Origin: Chiloscyllium plagiosum
Taxonomy: Eukaryota
Length of the DNA stretch: 64,000 bases
Assembly (NCBI RefSeq): GCF_004010195.1
Contig: NC_057752.1
Coordinates: 2,121,199 to 2,185,198 of the forward strand
Direction of reading: 5' to 3'
Under the pieces are notes generated by a model that was given only the letters and a program-made list of their open reading frames with translations, ran no database searches and had not been told where the DNA came from. A program made the position numbers and the translations under genes. Position 1 is the stretch's first letter. Each line of letters opens with the position of its first letter. Shown in pieces: positions 42,904 through 54,195 of the stretch.

Positions 42904-43647
42904 GTAAGCATTGAATAATCCATATTTCTGGGTTATGTGTATTGCTTCTCCTGTTAGAAGGGAATTATTGGCAGTGTTTTGGCATGATCAGTTGGTATGT
43001 CAATGTGCAATACCTTTCATTGATTTGACCTTTGTGTCTTGATTTCTTCCATTGAGAATACTTGATATTATATGGCTCTATATGCTACCTTTTTAGAAAC
43101 TGAGAAAGCCACTAGGCCCAACAAGACTGTCATAAGCTTCACTTGCCCATCTTTTCACCAAATTCTTCAACCCTGGAAACAAATCTGAATGTCTTTTGAG
43201 TGTTGTTGTTATTTTTGACCCTCTGCGAGGATGGCCCTTCTTACTAGCATATTGTACAGCTCTTGCTGTTTTGCTTGGCAAACTTTGTCCAAATTTCCTC
43301 CTTCCTTACTTGTATCACCAGGTGCTTGAATCCTACACAACAGTGAACAATTTAGTTGGATGGATGTGTCAATAAGAATACATTAAAGTGTTTATGTGAA
43401 ATTCTTTTATCCGGGAAAAGCCACAAACATGGAGGACTTATCCAGATACGAGAGAGAGAACTAAGAATAAGTTGTTGAATTAGCAGGCAGGCAAGACACT
43501 TGTGACCATACCAAAGACTTTTGTCTTGAAATTAAAGAATCCTCTTATATAAGCAACAAACCTATCATTTTTGGTTCTAAATGAGGTTTCAGAATATTCA
43601 TAAGTGGTTTATGGATAATTTGTGAGGAGTTCAGGATGAGTTTACAT

Positions 43648-45475
43648 TTCGCCGATGACTGGGGAGTCCAGAACCAGGAGATCACAGTCTAAGGATACGT
43701 GGTAGACCATTCAGGACTGAGATAAAGAGAAATGTCTTCACCCAGAGAGTGGGGAGCCTGTGGAATTCTCTATTACAGGAAAGGGTAGAGGCCAAAACCT
43801 TGAATATTTTCAAGAAGGAGTTCAATATAGTACTTAGGGCTGAAGGGATCAAAGGGTATGGGGAGAAAGTGGGAACAGGGGACTAAGTTAGATGGTCAGC
43901 CAGGATCATATTGAACGGTGGAGCAGGCCTGAAGGGTCGATTGGTTGCCTCCTACTCATATTTTGTATGTCCAGAATGTAGAAGCATGGCTAACCCCTGG
44001 TCTGCAGGCTTTGTGTAGCTGCAAAGCTCCTTGTGTCTGAAATGAACCACTGACCATGGATCCAGGGTAAGCTAGTTGTCTCAAGGAATGAGACAGTTTT
44101 GTTAGGAACATGGATTGCCTTGTGTGCCCTGATTTGATCTACAAAATGACAATGCCTCAGTCCATTCATAATTGGAGCAATGAATGAAATAGTTTGATTG
44201 TGCCATGATTTAGTTTAATATCAGCAATACTACATGAAGCATAGTTTTACATTTTCATTATTGAGAGGCGAACATTTGCATGCTGGAAATACGGCAGAAT
44301 GTGATCTGGCTAAGAAGAAACCAATTGATGTTGAAAGTCCCCAGCAAGATACCACTTATGAACGAGAAACACAGGTGATATTGTAAGTGAAAATAGGGAA
44401 ACGGCAATCTTGCTAAGTTTATAACTTTGCATAAGGATTCTTAAGGGGCTTGACAGGGTAAATGCTGAGAATATATTTCCTCTCATGGGGAAGTTTAGGA
44501 ACAGAGGACATAGCCTCAAAATAAAAGGGCACCAATTTAAGATTAAGATGAGGAGGAATTTCTTCTCTCAGAGGGTTCAGAGTCTTTGGAACTCCGTGCC
44601 ACAGACAGCTGTAGTTCTGCTGGTGGGACAGAGTCCTTGTGAATACTAAAGGCTAAGATAGACTCTTGCTCAGTAGGGGAATTGAGGGTTATGGGGAAAG
44701 GGCAGAAAAATGGACACGTCAGATCAGCCATGATCCTATTGAATGCGGAGCAGGCTCGAGGGGCTGAACGGCCTACTCTTATCCTATTCCTTATGGTATT
44801 TGCAGAAGAGGAAGAGGATTAAAATACCAGAAATTACAGGAAAACGAAAAGTAAATTGACAGCAGGCACTTAATAGATTTAATATCAGTCAGCAAAATGG
44901 AAATAGCGAAAGTAATGACACCGAAGATTGGCAAATTTCCAGAATCTGATAGGTTTTGACCAAAGGTTAATAAAGCAAATAAGTAAGGAAATTGTAGTTG
45001 CCTTAGTCATAATCTTCCAAAAGACACTTGATTAAGGAATTGTTCCTTGACATGGGAAATCCTGATTGTTTCAGTAAGGGTAGGAAAGAGTACGCTGAAA
45101 GTTATAAACCTACTAGTTTGATGTGTAGTATCTGGAAGGTACTAGAAACTGCAGTTTGAAATGGTGATTGTGTATTTGGCCAAATATTAACGGATGGGAG
45201 AAAACAATTGTTCATGGGTGAATTTTTTGAGGAGGTCACAAATGTGATGGATTATCTATTCATATTACTTACATGAACTTTCAGAAAACTTCATACAAGG
45301 TTACACTCAAGACATTGTTTTTAAAGATCAATGTACATGGAATTGGAGGTAACCAATTGTCATCAGTTTGGAGTTCGGTTGGTGTTAGGAGACAGAAAGT
45401 AGAGATAATGGATACACGCTACAATTGCCAGCATGTGACCAGTGGTGTCCCTCAGGAAAATGTCCCTGGGCCTTA
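43648..45475 (+). mobile_element. Cluster of CR1 LINE fragments (about 43648-43970, 44432-44797, 44800-45475)
   Basis: CR1 3' ends and an RT piece (VTSGVPQ..V.GP). Confidence 0.75.
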
Positions 45476-45509
45476 GGATTTTCTTTTGTTGTAGGCAATA
45501 ACTATAAGC

Positions 45510-46031
45510 CTTTTCAGAGAACACCTCTGGGACACCCGGACCAACCAACCCAACCACCCTGTAGCCCAACACTTTAACTCCCCCTCCCACTCCACTAAGG
45601 ACATGCAGGTCCTTGGACTCCTCCATCGCCAGACCATGGCAACATGACGGTTGGAGGAAGAGCCCCTCATCTTCTGCCTGGGAACCCTCCAACCACAAGG
45701 GATAAACTCAGATTTCTCCAGTTTCCTCATTTTCCCTCCCCCCACCTTGTCTCAGTCAAATCCCTCGAACTCAGCACCGCCTTCCTAACCTGCAATCTTC
45801 TTCCTGACCTCTCCAACCCCACCCCACTCCGGCCTATCACCCTCACCTTGACCTCCCTCCACCTATCGCAATTCCAACGCCCCTCCCCCAAGTCCCTCCT
45901 CCCTACCTTTTATCTTAGCCTGCTGGACACACTTTCCTCATTCCTGAAGAAGGGCTTATGCCCGAAACGTCGATTCTCCTGTTCCTTGGATGCTGCCTGA
46001 CCTGCTGCGTTTTTTCAGCAACACATTTTCA
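45510..46031 (+). mobile_element. Penelope-like element 3' part (GIY-YIG C-terminus, UTR, terminus with hammerhead)
   Basis: EHLWDTRTNQPNHPVAQHFNSPSH..LEEEPLIFCLGTLQPQGINSDF; imperfect direct repeat GCAATAAC(T)ATAAGC at 45495-45509 and 46032-46045. Confidence 0.85.
45944..45971 (+). ncRNA. Minimal type I hammerhead ribozyme motif, intact core, in a Penelope terminus
   Basis: CUGAAGA-A-GGGC-UUAU-GCCC-GAA-ACGU-C: core boxes, 4-bp stem II, palindromic ACGU as stem III, GUC triplet. Confidence 0.7.
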
Positions 46032-46802
46032 GCAATAACATAAGCAACACTGTAGGTGTACCTGCACCAAATGGACTGCAGCGATTCAAGAAGATAGCTC
46101 ACTATTACCTTATCATGGGCAGTAAGTACCAGTCTTACCAGTTGCACTCAAATCTTTGAATGGATATTAAAAATAATGAAGAAATCGAGAGCTGCATATT
46201 CAAGTTTGCTGATAACGGAATTTGGATGGTACAGAAGTAAACGGTGTAGTGAACACAGGAAGTTTCAGAAGGACATTGATAGATTGAGTGGTTGAAACTG
46301 TGGCAGATGACATTTGTGAGGACGTTTGCAGTCTGTACAGTCATATATTCAAGTCTCAATTTCCCCATTACCACTCTGGATCGGAGGACAATCTAGCAGG
46401 TTTCTTGACCCTCTGTGGTCCATGTGCTGTACATAGATCCACAATGCCCTGAGGGAGGGAATTCCAGGAATTGGACCCAGCGATACTGAAGGAATGGCAA
46501 TATATTTCCAAGTCAGGATGGTGAGTGGCTTGGAGGGAAACTTGCAGGTGATGGTGCTCCCATGCTTTTAAATGGTTCATAGAATTATAGCCTTTATCTT
46601 GGCCTTGACACACAAGGGGGCAGAAGTTCTTCTACGGTTGTAAAGAGTTCTTGTTAGGTCCCATCTGGAGTACTGTGTTCAGTTCTGTACCACACCGCAG
46701 GAAGAATATATTGGGTTTGAGAGGGGTGCAGCTGAGATACACAAGAATGACAACTGGGACTGAAAAAGTATTTCTACATCCTCAGAAGGATACATCAGTC
46801 AG

Positions 46803-46970
46803 TACCTCTACCAATGTCATCTACTGCATCCGTTGCACCCAATATGGTCTCCTTTACATCAGGAAGACAGGACGCCTTCTTGCAGATCATTTCAGAGAAT
46901 ATCTCTGGGACACCCACACCCACCAACCCCACCGCCCCGTGGCTGAACACTTCAACTTCCCCTCCCACTT
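46803..46970 (+). mobile_element. Penelope GIY-YIG endonuclease fragment
   Basis: TSTNVIYCIRCTQYGLLYIRKTGRLLADHFREYL (VIY...YIG-type motif). Confidence 0.8.
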
Positions 46971-47780
46971 GGGCCAGCATTTATTGCCCCATCCCTAATT
47001 GTCCCTGATAAGGTGGTGCTGAGCTGCATTCTTGAACTGCTGGAGTTCATGTACTACAGGCAGACACATGATTCCACTAGGGAGGGAATTCCAGGATTTT
47101 GACTCAGTGACACTGAATGAAAGGTCATATATATCCAAGTAAGTGGCTTGGAGTGGAACTTGCAGGTGGTGGTGTTCCGATGTATCTGTTGCCCTTGTCT
47201 TTCTAGATGGAAGTAGTTGTGAGTTTGGCAGGTGCTGTCTCAGGATCTTTGGTGAATTTCTGCAGAGCATCATGTAGATGGTACACATTGCTACTACTGA
47301 GCATCAGTGATGGAGGCAGTGAATGTATGTGGCTGTGCTGCCAATCAAGTGAGTTGCTTTGAACTGGATGGTGTCAAGTGTCTTGAAAGTGTTGAGTGTT
47401 GTTGGAGTTGTATTCCACCACATTCCTGATTCCTGATGAAGGGCTTATGCCTGAACCATCGATTCTCCTACTTCTCTGATGCTGCCTGATCTGTGCTTTT
47501 CCAGCACCACACTCTTGACAGTATTCCACCACACTCCTGACTTGTGCATTGTAGATGATGAACAGACTTTGAGGAGTCAGGAGGTGAGTTACTCACCATA
47601 GGATTCCTAGCATCTGACCTGCTCTTGTATTTATATGGCTAGTCTAGGTCAGTTTCTGGTCAATGGTAGCCCTCAGGATGTTGATAAAGGAGGATTCAAT
47701 GATACGTTAAATGTCAAGAAGCAATGGTTAAGTTCTCTCTTGTTAGAGACAGTCATTGCCTGACATTCATATGTCACATG
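46970..47780 (-). mobile_element. L2/CR1-clade LINE fragment (second family) interrupted by a Penelope terminus at 47430-47520
   Basis: Reverse complement of 32200-32985; insert flanked by GTATTCCACCACAYTCCTGA at 47410-47429 and 47521-47540. Confidence 0.75.
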
Positions 47781-48076
47781 CCATCACGGCAATGAGTTGT
47801 CATCTTATACCCATGTAGTCCTTGTGATACAGTTATTCCTGAGACTGAATTTTTTAAAAAAAACTTCATTCCAGATTTAACTGAATCTAAATTCCATCGG
47901 CTGTCGTGGTGGGGTTTGAATCCGTGTCCCTACAGCATTAGCCTGGGCTTCAGAACCTATAGTTTAGTGAAGTGGGTGATGGAATCCAATGGCAGTAAAT
48001 GTAAGCGGTGTATTTTCATTTTGAAGAAAGTGATACCTTGGGAAAAACTGGGTGCTGTGGAAGACTAGAAAGATTT

Positions 48077-48370
48077 GGGGACCCAGGTTTGATTCCAGCC
48101 TTGGGTGACTGTCTGTGTGGAGTTTGCACATCCTCCCAGTGTCTGCGTGGGTTTCCTCCAGGTGCTCTGGTTTCCTCCCATAGTCCAAAGATGTGCAGGT
48201 CAGGTAAATTGGCCAAGCTAAATTGCCTGATAATATGCAGGTTAGGTGGGTCAACTATGGTAAATGTGGGGTAATGGAGATGGACTGGTCTGAGTGGGAT
48301 GCTGTTTGGAGGGTCAGTGCAGGCTCAATGGGCTGAATGGCCTCTATCTGCACTGTTGCTATTCTGTAAT
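48077..48370 (+). mobile_element. Older, 5'-truncated HE1-like V-SINE
   Basis: B box remnant, V domain and CR1-like tail. Confidence 0.75.
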
Positions 48371-49108
48371 TCCATGCAATTCTATATCTAAGTTACTAGT
48401 TTTTAGCTACAAGATTATTCATTGTGAATGAATTTAACATTGCTAAAACGACAAAACAATCAAAGCATTTTTTCTTGTCCTCATCAAGACTGGAATGCAA
48501 GAAACCAAACTTAGAAAGGGAATACCAGTTTATGTGAGACAAGAACAGACCATGGTTGGTATGGCGATGCAGCCAGAACTGTTAACTGTCAATCCTTGCT
48601 GATTGAACGTGGACCAGGTGGGATGCGTTTGGTTGGTTGGGCATTACTGGAAGAATTGGCAGTCTCCATTTTTAAAAATATGGTACAGTATATGGACAAT
48701 TTCCTTTTGTCCTATGTGTGAATAAATGGCTTTATCAGCTTTAAAATAATGAACACTATATGGATGTCAGTATTTGCACCATATAATTTATAGATATACA
48801 CAATTTGGAAAACTTGGGTTTGGTCAACTTGAAGTCTAGCAGCTCTAGAGTCGACACCTCCACTAAGAGAGAGTTTACAAAGTGGGAGTGATAATTCCTC
48901 CTGCTCACATATGCCTAATTGACTGGTTATAGAGGGTGCTAGAAGCTTGTGACAGTGTTGCCCTCTTGCTTGACGGTGAATGTGTGGGTCACATATTGTT
49001 CTGTCAGGTAGAAGATAATATTTTGAAAAAAGAAGGAATAGAGGGAAAAAGGAGATTGTCAACCATGTGCTTGTTTTCAGCAAGCTCTCAATTTGTGTAT
49101 TTTAAAAG

Positions 49109-49325
49109 TTAAAAGTCACACAACACCAGATAATAGTCCAACAGGTTTAATTGGAAGCACGAGCTTTTGGAGCGCTGCTGCTTCATCAGGTGGTTCCACA
49201 ACCACCTGATGAAGGAGCAGCGCTCCAAAAGTTAGTGCTTCCAATTAAACCTGTTGGACTATTATCTGGTGTTGTGTGACTTTTGATTTTGTTCACCCGA
49301 GTCCAACACCAGCATCTCCAAATCA
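49109..49325. mobile_element. Penelope-like insertion forming an 85-bp hairpin with hammerhead-like cores
   Basis: Arms 49111-49195 and 49200-49284 (3 mismatches), loop CCAC; direct repeat TGTATTTTAAAAG at 49096-49108 and 49326-49338. Confidence 0.8.
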
Positions 49326-49794
49326 TGTATTTTAAAAGAAAGACTGATTGGACATTCTTGTCCTAGGCAATTTGATATTATGACATTCTTGCAGTTTTGA
49401 ACCATGTTTAGTCTTTGGCACAGTTTGACTTTGTCTTGCAGCAGAATGTAATCTTCAAAACAAAGCAGCAACAGGTTGCAGAAAGTACTAACAAAGCTAA
49501 GGATACTGATTTTAGTTTGAATTCTGTACAACAAGTACCTCCTAAGCATTACACAGCAGAGCCCATTTCAACTGGCAACAGATAAACAAGAGTGATCTGT
49601 AAGGGTCATCTTCCTTAAACATGGCCAGTAAGAATACATTGCTAACAGTGATCACTTGTGTAATTTTATATATTCTGAGTGCACCTCAGACGTATGTGGA
49701 AAGCAGCCTACCTAAAATGCTTTTTACATACTGACACTCAGCAATTTCTGGATACTTTTGTGCTACACATCTATCGAATGTCATCTGAATAGTG

Positions 49795-49824
49795 GAGAGA
49801 GAGAGAGAGAGAAAGAGAGAGAGA
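49795..49824 (+). repeat. (GA)n microsatellite
   Basis: About 14 GA units with one interruption. Confidence 0.9.
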
Positions 49825-50977
49825 TAAATCATTGTTTGATGAAAGCCCTTTCAATATTTAATTGTTTTGCATTGAATTTGGCTGCCCCACTGTCAATTGT
49901 ATATTAATCTCCCCATCTCCTCCACTTTGGTAAAAGATGTAGACAGAAACAACAAGATAAAAATACCCAACTATATTTTAACATAGTACTGGAAACCATT
50001 TATGCCCTAATGGATAATACTGGACAGTTTTAACTCGAATTCAGTCCCTTCAGCTGTGTGTTATACTGCTGGCACATTGAGTTATTTTAACCCCCCCAAA
50101 ATGTGTTGAGTCACCAGGAAGTTAAAATTTCAAACCCAAACCTGACCCACCTACTTCTCAGTTTCAACTGAGCTCGGCAGGTAACCACAGTCTGCTAGGA
50201 ATTAGGCCCCTATTTCAATGAGGCTGTGTGTTAGATGTTAGCTACATCTTTAATACTAGCCATTTGAATTGACTGGAACAGTGGATTCCCACAATGAGAA
50301 AAGGCCATGTGTCCCATGAAGTCAGTTAATTTGTTCCACAGTTGTTTACCTTATTATACATTCTACTCAACAAATCTGGTCTCGAGAAGAATGTCTTGCA
50401 AACCTTATCTCATCCTATCCCACCTTCCAAAGTTACTCAAGACAACTCCATACAACCTATCCGGTTGTATGTCTTGCACTGGATGTTCAAGACTGATTCC
50501 CCTCCTCCTCTGTGGCATATTTATGATCACTGGAAATTTATTCTGTACAAGATTCTGATACCTTCCTCTGCACTCGTCTTTATAATCCTGCTGGTTATAA
50601 ACATTTGCCAATCCCCATTGGACAAATCCATTTGCAATCTCAACCAGAACTGTTTTGGAGCAACAAGAGACCAACACTTCATGTGATAATGGCATGCCAA
50701 ATGGGATGGCTTAAAGAAGAGAGTGATTACCATACCAACTTGAGGGGGCTAAAAAAGGCTGTGAAAGAATGCAGCCTAACCTTGGAGCTGATGGTTCGTT
50801 TCTTTTTTGTGGAATGTCTCAAATTTTCTCACCAATAGCAACTGTGATTGTGGTATTAGGTAACATTTGTAATGTTTTTCAGAGCTTTAATTACACATTG
50901 TGTGGGGGAAAAGCAAAAGATTAATTATTGTAGTGAAGAAATGAACCTAATTAAAACATTATTCTGTTTCCTTGCAG

Positions 50978-51041
50978 CAAATTTCTACTGGGTGGCAGGA
51001 ATGGGTGATCCATTGCTTTGTGGAAATAGCACAGATGCTGG
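50978..51041 (+). CDS. scn8a: Nav alpha subunit exon 7 (DI extracellular loop), 64 nt
   Basis: TTGCAG acceptor; (T)NFYWVAGMGDPLLCGNSTDA(G); donor GG|GTAAGT; phases match exons 6 and 8. Confidence 0.92.
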
Positions 51042-51409
51042 GTAAGTTTTATCTTCTAATTGTTGAATTCCACCCTGTTTGTTAATTATGGTATTTGTAA
51101 AAGATTCTTCCAATTGAATTTGTCTGTCTGATGTGGGACTTAGTCATAAAGACCAGAAGCTTCCACAATTGTCTGTGCTGATCTCAGTTGGGCAACTGTT
51201 GAGGATCTGCAATTGTTAAACTACAGAGAGAATAAATCAACCAAGACCCCTTTCTCCATTTGTTACTCAGTGGTTTCCATTGCAGAGAATGCGGAACCCT
51301 GTTATCATGCTCTCCCAGTCTCCTATTTAAAGAGTAGCCTCTTGGATCAAGTAATGTTGATTGCTTAAGTCTGTGATGCTGTGACTGCAGGGAGGGAGGA
51401 AAGGAAACA

Positions 51410-51600
51410 GTGTCAATGCAGTCCCAGCTGTCTGAAGGAAAGCCGAGCAGTGTGGAAAGAAGGTCAATGAACTTCCCCACTCTACCAGCACAAACAACTC
51501 CCGACAGGACAGAAAGTCTGAAGATGAGAAGTGGGCTGCCTGACATTCCGCTCCTTATCCTTTATGAGGAGAGGGTCCTGACTCTGACTGTTCCGAGTAG
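51410..51600 (+). mobile_element. Putative PIF/Harbinger Myb/SANT-like gene remnant
   Basis: VNAVPAV*RKAEQCGKKVNEL then, after a frameshift, LKMRSGLPDIPLLILYEERVLTL; resembles R..EQC.KK..DL...KTGGG.P....LT..EERV. Confidence 0.45.
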
Positions 51601-51780
51601 CTTACTGACCCTGTCCAAGCTCCTGGACTGGGTATGGAGGCTGTCCCTGACGGAAGGCTAGCTCCCTTGAGTGATTGAGGTTCGGAGGCTGTCCCTAAGT
51701 GAAAGCTATCTCCCTTTATGTGACTGAGGTCGGCTGAAAACCAGGGCAAGCTTCCTGCGACTGTGTCTGAACGAAATGGC

Positions 51781-52912
51781 AAGGCAACACAGTGAGTCTG
51801 GTATCTCTGACTGAGGGACAAGGCAGCAGCACAGTGAGCCTGGTATCTCTGGCTGAGGGACAGGGCAGCAGCACAGTGAGCCTGGTATCTCTGACTGAGG
51901 GACAGGGCAGCAGCACAGTGAGCCTGGCACCTCTGGCTGAGGGACAGGGCAGCAGCACAGTGAGCCTGGTATCTCTGACTGAGGGACAGGGCAGTAGCAC
52001 AGTGAGCCTGGTATCTCTGACTAAGGGACAGGGCAGTACTACAGTGAGCCTGGTATCTCTGACTGAGGGACAGGGCAGCAGCACAGTGAGCCTGGTATCT
52101 CTGACTGAGGGACAGGGCAGCAGCACAGTGAGCCTGGTATCTCTGACTGAGGGACAGACCAGCAGCACAGTGAGCCTGGTATCTCTGGCTGAGGGACAGG
52201 ACAGCAGCACAGTGAGCCTGGTATCTCTGGCTGAGGGACAGTGCAGCAGCACAGTGAGCCTGGTATCTCTGACTGAGGGACTGGGCAGCAGCACAGTGAG
52301 CCTGGTATCTCTGGCTGAGGGACAGGGCAGCAGCACAGTGAGCCTGGTATCTCTGACTGAGGGTCAAGGCAACAGCACAGTGAGCCTGGTATCTCTGACT
52401 GAGGGACAGGGCAGCAGGACAGTGAGCCTGGTATCTCTGACTGAGGGACAAGGCAGCAGCACAGTGAGCCTGGTATCTCTGACTGAGGGACAGGGCAGCA
52501 CTACAGTGAACCTGGTATCTCTGACTAAGGGACAAGGCAGCAGCACAGTGAGGCTGGTATCTCTGGCTGAGGGACAGGGCAGCAGCACAGTGAGCCTGGT
52601 ATCTCTGACTGAGGGACAGGGCAGCAGCACAGTGAGCCCTGGTATCTCTGGCTGAGGGACAGGGCAGCTGCACAGTGAGCCCTGTATCTCTGACTGAGGG
52701 ACAAGGCAGCAGCACAGTGAGCCTGGTATCTCTGACTGAGGGACATGGCAGCAGCACAGTGAGTCTGGTATCTCTGGCTCAGGGACAATGCAGCAGCACA
52801 GTGAGCCTGGTATCTCTGACTGATGGACAAGGCAGCAGCACAGTGAGCCTGGTATCTCTGACTGAGGGACAAGGTAGCAGCGCAGGGAGCCTGGTATCTC
52901 TGACTGAGGAAC
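51781..52912. repeat. 42-bp minisatellite, about 27 copies
   Basis: Unit CACAGTGAGCCTGGTATCTCTGACTGAGGGACAGGGCAGCAG; few substitutions; a 1-nt insertion near 52638. Confidence 0.95.
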
Positions 52913-53589
52913 AAGTCATGGCAGGGATGTTGTGTTTATCACGGTTGTCTCGGAGTAAGGAATCACTGGGAGAGTGCATGAACAGCCTGCAGATCCAGCC
53001 CGGTCCAGGCCACGAGCTGTGGGTCAGTGTCCTCACTGCAGCACTACAATGAGAGTTCCCAGGGCATCCCAAGGGGGGCATTGAAGGGCTGAAGAGTCCT
53101 GTAAGTGGATCGATGATGGGGGACCAGAAGTGTTCTTGGAGGCTGGCACATGTTGGATGTCACTGACTGTGGGCGTGAGGTGTATGTGTGCACGCACATG
53201 CGTTCCCCATAGTGCATGCCCTGAGATGTTGATGCCTCGTGTTTAACATGGAGATTGTTCAGAGCGGGCGGTGAGCTGAAGCCTCCAGGTGCTCCCTCTG
53301 GTTTCCTTGTTGTCTTTTCCCGATATCGAGTTTGTTTGGAGTCGAGATTGGTCTCGCTGGACGTGTCGCACAATTTTGCCACAATCTCACCCATAGCCCA
53401 CTGTTGCTCTTAAGATTTTGCCCTTAGAGACTGTTGTGACCCGTTGTTACATTTTTGTGCTGATGTTGTTGCTCTGCATTTATTTCACTCAGCCCTCCTG
53501 AGCCACTGATGGGCTCCCTTAATAGCATCACATGTACTTTCACATGTACATGTACTCATGCTTTCTGTGCATTCTACTGGTAGACTTTG

Positions 53590-54195
53590 CTGTTAGGGAG
53601 GGACTTCCAGGATTTTGACCCAGTGACGATGATATATTTCCAACTCAGGATGGTGAGTGGCTTGGAGAGGAATATGCAGGGGGTTTGTGTTCCCAAGTAC
53701 TTGCTGCCCTTGTCCTTCTTGGAAGAGGTCGTGGATCTGGAAGGTGCTGTCTGAAAAACCTTGGTGAATTTATGCAGTGCATCTTATCGGTAGTACACAC
53801 TGCTACTACTGAGCGTTGGTGGGGGAGGGAGTGGATGCTTGTGAATGTGATGGCAATCAAGTAGCTGCTTGTCCTGGATGGTGTTGAGCTTCTTGAGTGT
53901 TATTGGAGCTGCCCCCATCCAGGCAAGTGGGGAGTATTCCATCACACTCCTCACTTGGGCCTAGTAGGTGGTGGATAGGCTCTGGCGAGTTAGGAGGAGA
54001 TGAGTTACAAGCTGCAGTATTTCTAGCCTCTGACCTACTCTTGTAGCCACTGTGTGTATATGGCTAGTCCAGTTGAGTTTCTGGTCAATAGTAACCCCTA
54101 GCATGTTGACAATGAGGGATTCATTGGTAATGCTGCTAAATGTCAGGGGGCAGTTGCTAAATTGTGACTCTTACTGAAGTTGACTATTGCCTGGA
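53590..54195 (-). mobile_element. L2/CR1-clade LINE fragment (second family)
   Basis: Reverse complement of about 32260-32850. Confidence 0.75.

Noticed and set aside
51781..52912. CRISPR-like array
   Set aside because: Units are contiguous with no unique spacers, no cas genes are present, and the context is a vertebrate intron.
51555..53081. Long ORFs (up to 400 aa) on both strands
   Set aside because: They arise from a stop-free 42-bp unit divisible by 3; there is no gene structure or domain support.
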